Position numbers and translations under genes: made by a program. A DNA stretch of 64,000 nucleotides from Ruditapes philippinarum (Eukaryota): positions 62,001-126,000 of the forward strand of contig NW_026867385.1 in the NCBI RefSeq assembly GCF_026571515.1, written 5' to 3'. The notes beneath the pieces were generated by a model. That model was not told where the DNA came from. It searched no databases and saw nothing but the letters and a program-made list of their open reading frames with translations. Positions 1-12,000 of this stretch are shown here, in pieces (the stretch's first letter is position 1; each line of letters begins with the position of its first letter).

Positions 1-563
1 GTTTTATTTTTTTTTTCATTAAAAGAATGATTAAAAACATTTAAAAACATTGTTTCTGGCAGTATGTCACTTTGTTCAACTTTGAAAGACATTAATGTCA
101 TTACTGTAACCATCCACTGTCCATCTTCATGTTTGAATTTGACCATACTCGGAACAACACTGCTTGGCAAGGTTTCATTTTAATTATTTGTGGTGCACTT
201 TTCTCGAACATAACAACTTCCCGAACGATCATCAACCTTTAATATATAAATCTTTGATTCAAAACTCAGTAAATATATACTACATTTCCAAAAATTAACA
301 ATCAAGTTCATTTATCCCAAAAGTAAAATGTTGAACCATCGAAAACTAATGATAATTGGCAGGTCCTTAGGGCAAACTCCTCACAGTGATAACCTCCCTT
401 AGCAGACTTCACAGACGTCACATGATGATGAAAGTCACATGATGTAACATCGAAATTCAAATGTGTTAATATCAACGTCATTTTTCTCTTTCTGTTTTTT
501 TTTTTTAACTTTTTCGTACCTACGTTCGTAATAGTTTATCAAAAAAATATCAAAAGTATACAT

Positions 564-1238
564 AACTAGAACTATCACTAAATGTGATTAATACCCCCGC
601 AAGACTGCTTCAGAAATCAGGAAGTTACTAGTAACAGAATACCTTGCAAAAGAACTGAAATAGAGTTATGGTTGTGGGCAATTAAAGATAGTTGTGGTTC
701 ATGTATGTTGTATTTCCTTTCAATGTGGTTGACCATTGATGAAGTTTTATTGAATTATTCTGTAATAAGTCAACAAAAGGTTACGCTTGCCTTCTAAAGC
801 ACTGCACTTCCTCTTATTTCGCTTGACCATTAGTCTTCAAGTTATGGTTCCGAGAAATATAAAAAAAAGGAAAAGTTACAAAGGGCAATAACTCTGTAAT
901 TAATTTAGATAAAGTTATGGTTCTTGTGCACTGCACTTCCCCTTATTGTGTTTGACCATTGTATGATGTTGTTTTGAATTCCAACAAGTAGTTTTCAAGT
1001 TATGCTCCGAACAAGGAAAAGTAACAAAGGGCAATATCTCTGTAATGAGTGATGATGGAGTTATGGTTCTTGTGCACTGCACTTCCTCTCAATGTGCTTG
1101 ACCATTGTATGAAGTTGTATTGAATTCCAACTATTAGTCTTCAAGTGATGCTCCGGACAAAGAAAAATGCAATGGACGGCTGGACCGACCACCGAGTGAC
1201 TCCTATATACCCCCCTAAACTTCGTTTGGGGGGTATAA
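564..1238 (-). mobile_element. Non-autonomous Helentron-type (HINE/pearl-like) element 1, about 146 bp internal repeats
   Basis: One end: aactag + hairpin atcactaaatgtgat + tacccccg. Other end: GGAC-type microsatellite and hairpin tatacccccctaaacttcgtttggggggtata. Repeat anchor aagggcaata at 881 and 1027. Confidence 0.7.
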
Positions 1239-1242
1239 TAAT

Positions 1243-4200
1243 AAACAAGAGGCCCATGATGGCCCTGAAGTCGCTCACCTGTATATAGGCCCCCGGAACG
1301 GGGCCGGTTTACATCCCAGGGCTTTTATTTGAACAAACTTGGTAGACACCCATTAGAAGATGTTTCATGCTAAACATCTAAGGTCTAGCTGGTCAAGTTT
1401 TTTCTTTACACATATAGTTAAAAACAATGACACACCCTGGGCAGGGCCAGTTTTGACCCAAGGGCTTTTATTTGAACAAGCAAATTCGTTGAATTTATAT
1501 CCCCCGCCGAGTACTGGTTATTATTAACACAACAACTGAAGACATAAGGCTTTATTTATATATTAATCATGGCATAAACAGTAATATTCTTTGAAATTGA
1601 TAAATATTCAGGGAAATAACAGAGCCATAACTTTGTGTTAAATAGTAAAATCTGTAAATGCCAATGAGATGTATGCATACTACATAACTAATCAAGGGCC
1701 ATAAATCTGAGTTATAAGTATCTGACTGGAACAAGGCGATTATATGCACATCTCCTCTTAGTATCCCATAAAGTTTCATTGAATTCCAGCCGGTGGTAGC
1801 AGAGAAGTAGCGAGGAAACAAATATTTTTCTATATGGATACTGCATAATTAATCAAGGGCCATAACTCTGAGTTAAAGTGTCTGACCGGAACAAGCCGAT
1901 GATATGCCCATCTCCTCTTGGTATTGAAGGTTCCCATAAAGTTTTGTTGAATTCCAGCCAGTAGTTGCAGAGAAGTAGTGCGGAAACGATTTTTACTCTA
2001 TATGCATACTACATAACTAATCAAGGGCCATAACTCTGAGTTAAAGGGTCTGACCAGAACAAGCCAATGATATGCGCATCTCCTCTTGATATTGATGATT
2101 CCCATAAAGTTTTGTTGAATTCCAGCAAGTAGTTGCAGAGAACTACTCCAGAAATGATTTTTTACTCCATAGCATATTGCATAACTAATCAAGGGCCATA
2201 ACTCTGAGTTAAAGTGTCTGACCCAAACAAGCCGACGACATGCGCATCTCCTCTTGGTATTGAAGGTTCCATAAAGTTTCGTTGAATTCCAGCCAGTAGT
2301 TGCAGAGAAGTAGCGCGGAAACGATTTTTACTCCATATGCATACTGCATAACTAATCAAGGGCCATAACTCTGAGTTAAAGTGTCTGACCGGAACAAGCC
2401 GATGATATGCGCATCTCCTTTTGGTATTGATGATTCCCATAAAGTTTCGTTGAATTCCAGCCAGTAGTTGCAGAGAAGTAGCGCGGAAACGATTTTTACT
2501 CTATATGCATACTACATAACTAATCAAGGGCAATAACTCTGAGTTAAAGTGTCTGACCGGAATAAGCCGACGATATGCGCATCTCCTCTTGATATTGATA
2601 ATTCCCATAAAGTTTCGTTGAATTCCAGCCAGTAGTTGCAGAGAAGTAGCGCGGAAACGATTTTTACTCTATATGCATACTACATAACTAATCAAGTGCA
2701 ATAACTCTGAGTTAAAGTGTCTGACCGGAATAAGCCGACGATATGCGCATCTCCTCTTGATATTGATGATTCCCATAAAGTTTCGTTGAATTCCAGCCAG
2801 TAGTTGCAGAGAACTACTCCGGAAAGGAAATTCGGATGGACGGACGAACGAACGGACGGTCAGATGCGCATCTCCTCTTGATATTGATGATTCCCATAAA
2901 GTTTCGTTGAATTCCAGCCAGTAGTTGCAGAGAACTACTCCAGTAACGAAATTCGGACAGACGGATGGACGGACGGACGGAAGGACAACGCCAAAACTAT
3001 ATCCCCCTCCCGATTCCATCGGCGGGGGATAACAATCTTTGTAGACACTTACTAGAAAATGTTTCATGCTTTATATCTAAACTCTAGCTATTCGGGTTTT
3101 TTCAAAGAAGATTTTTTGAAGTTTTTGCTATACACATATATGGAAAATCAATGTCCCCGAGGCGGGGCCAATTTTGACCCCAGGGCTATCAATTTTTGAA
3201 CAAAACTTTGTAGACACTCACTAGAAGATGCTTCATGCTTAATATCTAACTCTAGCTATTTGAGTTTTTTCAAAGAAGATTTTTAAGTTTTTGCTATATA
3301 CACATATAAGGAAAATCAATGACCCCCGAGGGCGGGGCCAATTTTGAACCCCAGGGCTTTTATAAGAACAACCTTGGTAGACACTCACTAGAAGATGTTT
3401 CATGCTTAGTATCTAAACTCTAGCTATTTGGTTTTTTTCAAAGAAGATTTTTAAAGATTTTGCTATACACATATAAGAAAAATCAATGACCCCCTGGGGC
3501 GGGGCCAATTTTGACCCAAGGGCTCTTATTTGAACAAACTTGGTAGACATCCATTAGAACATGTTTCATGCTAAATATCTTAGCTCTAGCTATTTGGGTT
3601 CTTTAAAAGAAGATTTTTTTAAGTTTTTACTATATGCATATAGGGAAAATCAATGACCCCCTGGGGCGGGGCCAATTTTGACCCCAGGGCTTTTATTTGA
3701 ACAAACTTGGTAGACACCCATTAGAGGATGTTTCATGCTAAATATCTTAGCTCTAGCTCTTTGGGTTCTTTAAAAGAAGATTTTATAAGTTTTTACTATA
3801 TGCATATAGGGACACCCATCAGAGGATGTTTCATGCTCAATATCTTAGCTCTAGCTCTTTGGGTTCTTTAAAAGAAGATTTTTTAAGTTTTTACTATATG
3901 CATATAGGGAAAATAAATGACCCCCTGGGGCGGGGCCAATTTTGACCCCAGGGCTTTTATTTGAACAAACTTGGTAGACACTCACTAGAAGATGTTTCAT
4001 GCCAAATATCTAAGCTCTAGCTCTTTGGGTTTTTTAGAAGAAGATATTTAAAGTTTTTTCTTTTGGTTGCCATGGCAACCAGAGTTCTGCATGGAAATTA
4101 AATTCTTTGAACAATTTTCAAAGGTGACCACCAAAAAGGAACATTCCTGTGAAGTTTGATGAAAATTGGCTTAGTGGTTTATGAGAAGATGTCATTTAAA

Positions 4201-4287
4201 GTAAAAGTTTACGGACGACGGACGGACGGCGGACGAAAAGCGGTCACAAAAGCTCACCCTGTCACTTTGTGACAGGTGAGCTAAAAA
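1243..4287 (-). mobile_element. HINE/pearl-like element 2, about 167 bp internal array, interrupted by element 3
   Basis: aaacaag end + hairpin; subterminal IR gctcacctgt (about 1273) / acaggtgagc (about 4272); (GGAC)n at 4212-4236; terminal palindrome agctcaccctgtcactttgtgacaggtgagct; anchor ggcggggcc at 3161, 3331, 3498, 3665, 3929. Confidence 0.8.
1475..3032 (-). mobile_element. HINE/pearl-like element 3 nested in element 2, about 7.5 x 168 bp array
   Basis: Subterminal IR atcccccgccga (1499-1510) / tcggcgggggat (3019-3030); hairpin aaattcgttgaattt; (GGAC)n at 2834-2860 and 2955-2985; anchor aatcaag at 1690, 1851, 2019, 2187, 2354, 2522, 2690. Removing it restores the host repeat tttgaacaa-tctttgtagacac. 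Confidence 0.85.
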
Positions 4288-5865
4288 TAATTCAAAAGCC
4301 AGAGATCTCTGTCCCGATTAGGGGAGATCACTGCATAGGAGATTGGTCCTTATGATTTTACTATGTTCACCCAAACTGAGAATTTCTTGAGACATGGAAT
4401 TATTTAAATTGGGAAAAATCTATGTCTCAACAATAATTTATAATTTTTTGTAATTATTGGGAATATAATTTTTATAGGGAACAAGTTTATATAATAGATC
4501 TGTCGAAAAGGCGAAACAAGAGCTCCACTGAGGCGAGGGCAATATAAGCCCTAAGATTAATGAGGGACAGTAGTGGATTATCTTCCCTTGATAAAAACAG
4601 AGGTTAACCAAAATGTAAGTAGGTCCAAATATTTGGAATCCTTTGCTTTTATCCTTGAGTTTTTTGTAAGACAGGTTGATATGTAATCAATTATTTCCAC
4701 ATGCATCAACAACTATGTAAACCTTAAGAAAAAAATGTTTCATTTATGTCAACAGATTCTACATCTTATTGCAATATTTAATCTGAATATAACAAATGAT
4801 CATAATTAGCCCTAATTAATTTAGTTTGCTACAAAGAAATAGGCAATAAAGTCCGAGTAATCCAATAGCTTAGGACCTATCTATTTATAGGAAGTACTCA
4901 GGGGAGGTTATTCACTAAAGTCCCTCATTCTAAAGATGGTATCACAGAAAAATATGCTTTTAATATAGATAGTAAATTTACTATTTTACATGGCACAAAA
5001 TGATGATCTGCTATGTAAAACATGAGCCTTGATATAAAAGGATTGCTTATCTTCACTAAGAAGAAATATTTTTTGTACAATTCATGCCAAGAGTGGTGTT
5101 TTTATTCAGTCATTTACAACTATCACCGAGGCGACTTATATGAAATTTCTAACAATTACCTTTGGTGGTTGTTGTACAAATTTTCTGCCAACAATTTCCA
5201 TATTATAACCTTTGTGAACTAGAAAATTTCTGGTTATGGTTACAAGTACAAGTTTTATGATCACAAAAGTGAAATGTCATCTGCACTCATTCAATAATGT
5301 CATAAACATGGTCAGACGCCGATAAAAATGACAATTAATATGAGGGAAGTCTCACATGAAAACCTTCGATAGTGTTCAATGTTTAACGCCAGACAGCAAT
5401 GGATTACATTATGTATTAAAAAATCCTCAAAATTCCAAAAACAAACTTCATTTTTCAAAAACTCATTTTTTCTGTTCCTGAAGTAAAACAAGAAACCCGG
5501 AAAGTTTGAGTTTTCCCCATTTTAAAATTTGGGGGTAATTCTGCAAAATCAATTTTTAAAAAATGGGGGTTATTTTGACCCCCCATTTTTCACTTTAAAA
5601 CATTTGAATATTCATTTCATTTTCCCTTCCCAATTTTTGGGGAAAAGGCCAAAAATTAACCAAATTTTAAACTTTTATTTCCCAAGGACAAAACTCTTCC
5701 TTCCTTTTAAAACCAAATCTACACTAAAAACCCCTTTTTAACAAAAGAAAACCTTGGGAAAATTACATCAAAAGTTTACATATTTATAAATATTAAAAAG
5801 CATTTAAGCCCAATAAGGCGAAAAAACTTTAGAAATTTTTCCCTATTCCTATTTTAAATTTAAAA

Positions 5866-6039
5866 CTAGAATACTGATAAAGTTGCATTACTTTTATTTT
5901 CTTCCTTTTTTTCTCCACTCTCTTCAGTTGTTTCCTGGTTGTCTGATTCATTTTTGACATCATCTTCTCCATCATCAGCTTCTTCTTTATCACTATCAGC
6001 AGTCTCCTCTTTATCTTCACCATCATCACCCAAAACATC
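5866..6039 (-). CDS. GMNN: Geminin last coding exon, acidic tail (DVLGDDGEDKEETADSD...NATLSVF*)
   Basis: Acceptor tatctcag|GAT, TAG at 5868-5866. The stop abuts a low-quality block, so the exact end is less certain. Confidence 0.8.
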   Translation of the reverse strand, partial: DVLGDDGEDKEETADSDKEEADDGEDDVKNESDNQETTEESGEKKEENKSNATLSVF

Positions 6040-9000
6040 CTGAGATACAATTAAGTATATTATTAATCAAATCTTTTCAATACAATAAATTGCAGGATCA
6101 ACAGAACCACCTTTTGGTCTTAAAAATTTTGTGAAGAAAAAAAAAGAGAAGATATTTTCCAATGGTACTCTTTTGCTTCTCTTTTTTAGTCCAACCTTCA
6201 CAGTAAAGGTCATATGGCAACTTTTCAATTTTACTGGTAGAGGAAGACCTTAGGTGCCCCTCCATGAATTATTTCAGATATTTGCAGGCACCCAAGCATA
6301 GCCACAGATATTCTCTAAGCTAGCTGTATAGTTTCCTCACATGAAAAAATCCAAATTCCCTCACAAAATTAAAACATCAGCATGAGGGGAAAGTGGCTTG
6401 AAGTCAAAAACCACACAGACATGACAATTTTGCAAGAACAATTAACAACACCTTTGTAGACACTTTTTAGAGAGTGTCCCTCAAAGAAAGACATTAAGAT
6501 GTGTATATTAAAAGGAACTCCACTGAGGTTTAAAGCCTAAAAACATTTGAATTTCTTACATAAATGAATTGGGACACTTTAAACAGAAATATATGCAAAG
6601 ATATTAAAGAAATATACTTTGAAATAAATTGAAAATCATATTTTTATGCTTTTCTTAGCCCGATTTGAGTGAAAAGCGTTTAAACGCTTTTCATTTTAGA
6701 TCATTTTTTTACAATTTGAATTATTATCCTGGAAAAACGAAGTGCGCGAATGATCTGAAATTTTGCAAAAAGATTAGTGGTCTAAGTCTACATCAAATCA
6801 TACATTTATCTTGAAAAAATATTTTCAGTCCCATCATGTAAAAAAAAAACCTTTAAACCAAACATGTAAAAAAAAACAGAGTAACCATCACAAACAGAAA
6901 CATATAATTTGATTCGATCAATGATGTTATAAGTTAAATACTTTACCTGCTATTTAGATATTGAATGAACTTACATTTAAAACAGAGGCAAGATGTTCTG
7001 CCTGACCCGCCAGTAGGGATAAATTCTGATTTTCCTCTTTCAACTCTTCCATAGACTGGTGCAGCTATAGATATAAATGTACAGAAATTTGTGAATATTT
7101 GGTATCATAAAATCTTTTTTCACATGTGAATTTGAAGTGTACACCATTTTTGCAATACATATTGCCTGCACATGCTGATCTGCTGCTTTTATATTATTTT
7201 TTTTATCAGCTGGGCTTTATGTCACACCAACATTGTTAAGGTCATATGACAGACAACCTTATAGCTTTACTGGTTGAAGATAGGGTTGGATATCGTTAAG
7301 AACGAAACGATACGATACGATACCGATACTCGTGAAACGATACGGTATTTTATCGATACCGATACTCGATACTTGAAAGTGTATGTTTGAGCAGCCCTAT
7401 TCATTATGTATTCATTATTGCTATAGGTATTTTATTTTGATTTGTTTTATAATGAAATAAAAATTATATTCAAGCTTCTTTGTGAAATTGCTTTCTATAT
7501 TCCTTGAGCCTCTTCGGCTTCAACGAGTCAAATAGAGTACATTGTTTCAGTTGTAAATTGTGTTTCAGTCTCAGGTGTTTTATTAAATTACTGGTATTTC
7601 CACCTTTTCCCAAGGCAAAACGTTTGGCAATAAATGCAAACACCACCTCCTTCTTTAGGAGTGAAATGTGCCCAGACCGGAGACCGCTTTGATCGAGACC
7701 CCACCATAATATTGTTGACATCAGCAACGACATGTATAAAATTCGAATATTTTAATGAATATTGCAGAAATGTTTAATAGCAAGTAACAATAATTTTTGG
7801 GAATAAAAACCGAATAATACATCAAAAAGTGATCAACAAATGCTGTATCAAGTATTTGAATTTATGCAGCATGTTATTATAATGGTTTTTGTAAATACGA
7901 ATATCGCCGCTACCATGTGCACTCAGTAGTGATCTCCGTTGACTTGCACTATGGACATTTCGGAACACGGCCATTTCTTTTTGTGATATTATTGACGTAA
8001 ATAATCGTTAATTTTATTCATTTTCCTTTGTTTTTTGTACATATTCTTTGCTTTTAATTTTGAAAATACCGTTAAAAATACCGGTACTTTTTGAAACGGT
8101 ATGTACCGGTAAATTATGAAACGGTTTTCGGTACGGTCTAAGTACCGGTTATCGGTATCCAACCCTAGTTGAAGAAAACCCTCAATAATAGCCTACGATC
8201 ATCTGGATGTGTACAAGACATCACTTACCTTAATGAGGATCTGTTTGAGTAATATTCAGCATTATAATAAACAAATTAATTAGCAAATTAAATGTGGCGG
8301 TAAGTGTTTATCAGACTGCAATATAAGGGTTGCTGTGTCAGTTTAACCCTGTCAACTCTAGTCTCCTACAGCAAAAAAACCCCACTTTTTGCTTAGTGCT
8401 GGTTGGTTCCAGGAATGAATTTGAGAGCTTGTCTGTACACAATAGCTTTCTACATGATCAAACTAAAACAAATTCAGAGTAAACACATATAAACAAATTA
8501 GGCACATACAATTTCATTTTCTGCCAGAGCTTCAGCCAGGGACAATCTCCTCTCTTCTGCCAATTCGCGCCAGTAACTCTCTGGGATCGGGTCTACAAAA
8601 TGTAAAATTTTAATTAATCTTTAGCCTGCTAGCTTCAACTGATTCTACCCATGTGCAGGGATTGAAAAAAAATCAACGCCACTTGTTTTGAAGGACGAGT
8701 AGCTACAAACTTCTACTCTTCTAGCGTTGTATGCTACTCGTCCTGCATTTTGGGCGTGATTTTCAAAATAAACTTCCCCGACTCAATAGTACCTTGCCAA
8801 TGTATCTTATTAACAATGTGTAATGCTCAAGTTATACACAAACTTTGTTTCCAGTTTTCCATTGTTAAAAGTAAACAAACTGATTATGAGAATTCTAGCT
8901 TCCTATTACACCCCCAAACTCCCACTTGTCGTTACCTACTAGTAAATACCAGATGACAAGTGGAATTTTCAATCCCTGATGTGACCAATGCTAACCAAGA

Positions 9001-12000
9001 TCAGCCAGCACATCAAATGCTGCCTGATCATGAGCTCTGTTTGAACTTTCCTGTCAGTAACAACTTTTCAAAACTAGAAATGTGTCATCATGCCACGGAT
9101 GCCCCTGCATGCAACCAAAATTTCAGATGTTATAATATTTAGTTCCAAATTTGTTTGCACAAATTATTTTTTTCATTTTAAGTTTAAAGCCCTTAAAACT
9201 ATTCAATGTTAACACAAACCATTTTTATACAAAGTTCAAGGCACTGAAACTATTCAGTGTTAACATTTTGTTAATTGCATATTGCATATTTATAGCCAAA
9301 ATAATGACTACATGCATTTCCACAAAAGTATGAGTGCTGAAACTGAAAATTTCAATTTTTTCCCAACATTCAAGAGAGATAACTTTGTCCAAAACCATTG
9401 TACCACAACAAAATTCAAGCTTGAACTGCTTATTCCTATAATGTATCTATATGTAAAATTTGAGTTGAATTACGTTGTACAACCATTGGGGAGATAATGA
9501 ACGGAAACATAAAATTTCTGATTTTTTTTTCAAAGTTCAAGAGGGATAACTCTGTCCGCTAGCATCAAACCATGACCAAATTTGAATTCTTATGCCATAT
9601 CCACATCTTTAATTTGTTGTTGAATATGTACAACTGTTGGGGAGATAATGAATGTGAACTGAAAATTTCCTTTTTTTCAAAGTTAAAGGGGCATAACTCT
9701 GCCAAAAATTATTGAACCATTACCAAATTTCAAACTTGACCTGTGCATTCCTTTGACATATCCGTATGTAAAATTTGAGTTGAATATGTAACACTGTTGG
9801 GGAGATAATGAACAGAAACTGAAAATTACATATTATTTTTAAAGTGAAAGGGGCATTACTCTGCCAAAAATCATTGAACCATGACCAAATTCGAACTTGG
9901 CCTGTGCATTCTTTTAACGTATCCATATGTAAAATTTGAGTTGAATGTGTAATACTGTTGGGGAGATAATGTACGGAAACTGAAAATTTCATATTGTTTT
10001 CAAAGTGAAAAGGGCATAACTCTGCCAAAAATCATGGCACCATGACCAAATTCAAACTTGACCTGCACATTCCTTTGACATATCCATATGTCAAGTTTGT
10101 GTTGATTGTGTACTACCGTTGGGGAGATAATGAACGGAAACTGAAAATTTCATAATATTTTCAAAATAAAAGGGGCATAACTCTGCCAAAAAACATCAAA
10201 CCATGATCAAATTTGAACTTGACCTGTATTTTCTCATGACATATCCATTTGTCAAGTTTGAGTTGAATGTGTAATACCTTTGGGGAGATAATGAACGGAA
10301 ACTGAAAATTTCATATTATTTTCAAAGTAAAATGCCAAAAATCATCGAACCATGACCAAATTCAAACTTGACCTGTATTTTCTCATGACATATCCATTTA
10401 TCAAGTTTGAGTTGAATGTGTAATGCCGTTGTATTTTCTCATGACATATCTTTATGCCAAATTTGAGTAGAATGTGTGTAACCGTTAGTAAGATAATGAA
10501 CGGAAACTGATAATGACAGAATGACAGAAGGATGGAACAGGGTAACACTATATGCCCCAGCCATTATATGACCGGGGCTTAAAAAATTTACCCAGTCACT
10601 CAGTTTTGGACAGAAAAATTGACGACAACATTGAATATAAAATACCTTTGACCATCAAGTCATATGCCTCTTGATCCAAGTCAGCAGTACCGCTGTCATT
10701 GTGGCAGTCTGTATCAGTTGTTACACCTGTAGCTCCACTGACGTCTGTCTGGGTTTCTGACTCATGCTGGCACACCGACGTCTGAGTCTCCACTTCACGC
10801 GTTAACTTACTTACACCAATGCTTTGTTTGTCTTGAAAAATCTTCAGAGGCTTTTTGCTTGCTACTATCCTGCTTTTACCAGAATGTTTCTGGAACGAAA
10901 TGATTCAAGAATAGTAACTTTCTCTTTTATCTTAGTTTAAGGAAATTATCAAATAAATCATTACAAAATCTTACAGTGGTGAATTATATAGACACAAATG
11001 AACTGATAGCTCCCTATTGAATAACATTAACAATAGATTTAACCACAAACATTGACATGTGCTCTTTTGTTAACATATGTTGTGGTTAAATTCTTTTTGT
11101 ATCCACTAATCTCATAATACGAATAAGACAGGTCATGGATCTATGCATACAGCATTGTTCCTGCTATTTTTCTTTTGTAGTTTTATTACAATGCCTTTTA
11201 ATTATGGAAATTGCTTGGACTGTGCTTCCTAAAATTATCTGAATTTCTGATGCCCAATCAAGCAAAGTTTTGAGTCAGTCCAGTGAACTAATAGTAAACA
11301 GCTGACCATACCAGATGCTGGTAATAATTTATCAAACAAGAGCTGTCTGTAGGACAGCACGCTCGACTATTCTAAGTGCTTGATAGTAAAAGAGCCTTTA
11401 TATTGTTTAATTTTTTAAGTTCACAAAAGGGCTAATTTTTTGTTATAAATTCATGTTATAGGCCTTAGAGAGAGTCTAATTATACAGTATTGGCTTGACT
11501 ATTTGGAAGGTAATGTCACAAGGGTGTTTTATTGAGTATAATAATACTAATTACCTATGAATACATAAATTTGACAGAAAAGGTACAAAGGCTTGTTATT
11601 AAGATTAAGATGTTTTATCAAGTAAATCACTGCTTTATTATTATGAATGCATAAATTGTCCCAAAAAAGGCACAAACCCTTCAGTACTTATTGAGATAAC
11701 AGCTTACAAGCAAAACTTTACCATGAATTTCTAAGTTGAAAAAGGGGAGAAAAATCAGCCTAAATGCAAGATAGAATTATGGATCTTTGTCAGTGACCCT
11801 AAATGCTTATATGAAGTTTTAAATTAATATCTTTAATAGTTATTGAGATATGTAAAACTTGCATGTAAACATTAACCAAGAGACTAAGTAGAAAAGGGGA
11901 TATGAATCAGCCTTAATGCAAGACAGAGTTATGGAACTTGGTCAGTGACGAAGGGAGCGTACATACAATTATGACCCTCCAATTATGACCCTAAGTGCAT

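Noticed and set aside
30-238. Coding-looking minus-strand stretch (VDDRSGSCYVREKC...)
   Set aside because: In-frame stop, weak acceptor, no recognisable domain, and at the window edge.
1690-2820. Regular repeats that might suggest a CRISPR array
   Set aside because: Whole units repeat with no unique spacers, there are no cas genes, and the context is eukaryotic and intron-containing.
1567-3067. Four related minus-strand ORFs (SSLQLLAGIQRNFMGII...)
   Set aside because: Chance frames through the 168-bp array of HINE element 3.
4514-5410. Possible sixth HINE starting aaacaagagctcc
   Set aside because: Only one end is recognisable; no matching subterminal IR or array could be confirmed.
5829-6050. 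ORF MYLRMFWVMMVKIKRR...
   Set aside because: Off-frame reading of the geminin last exon.
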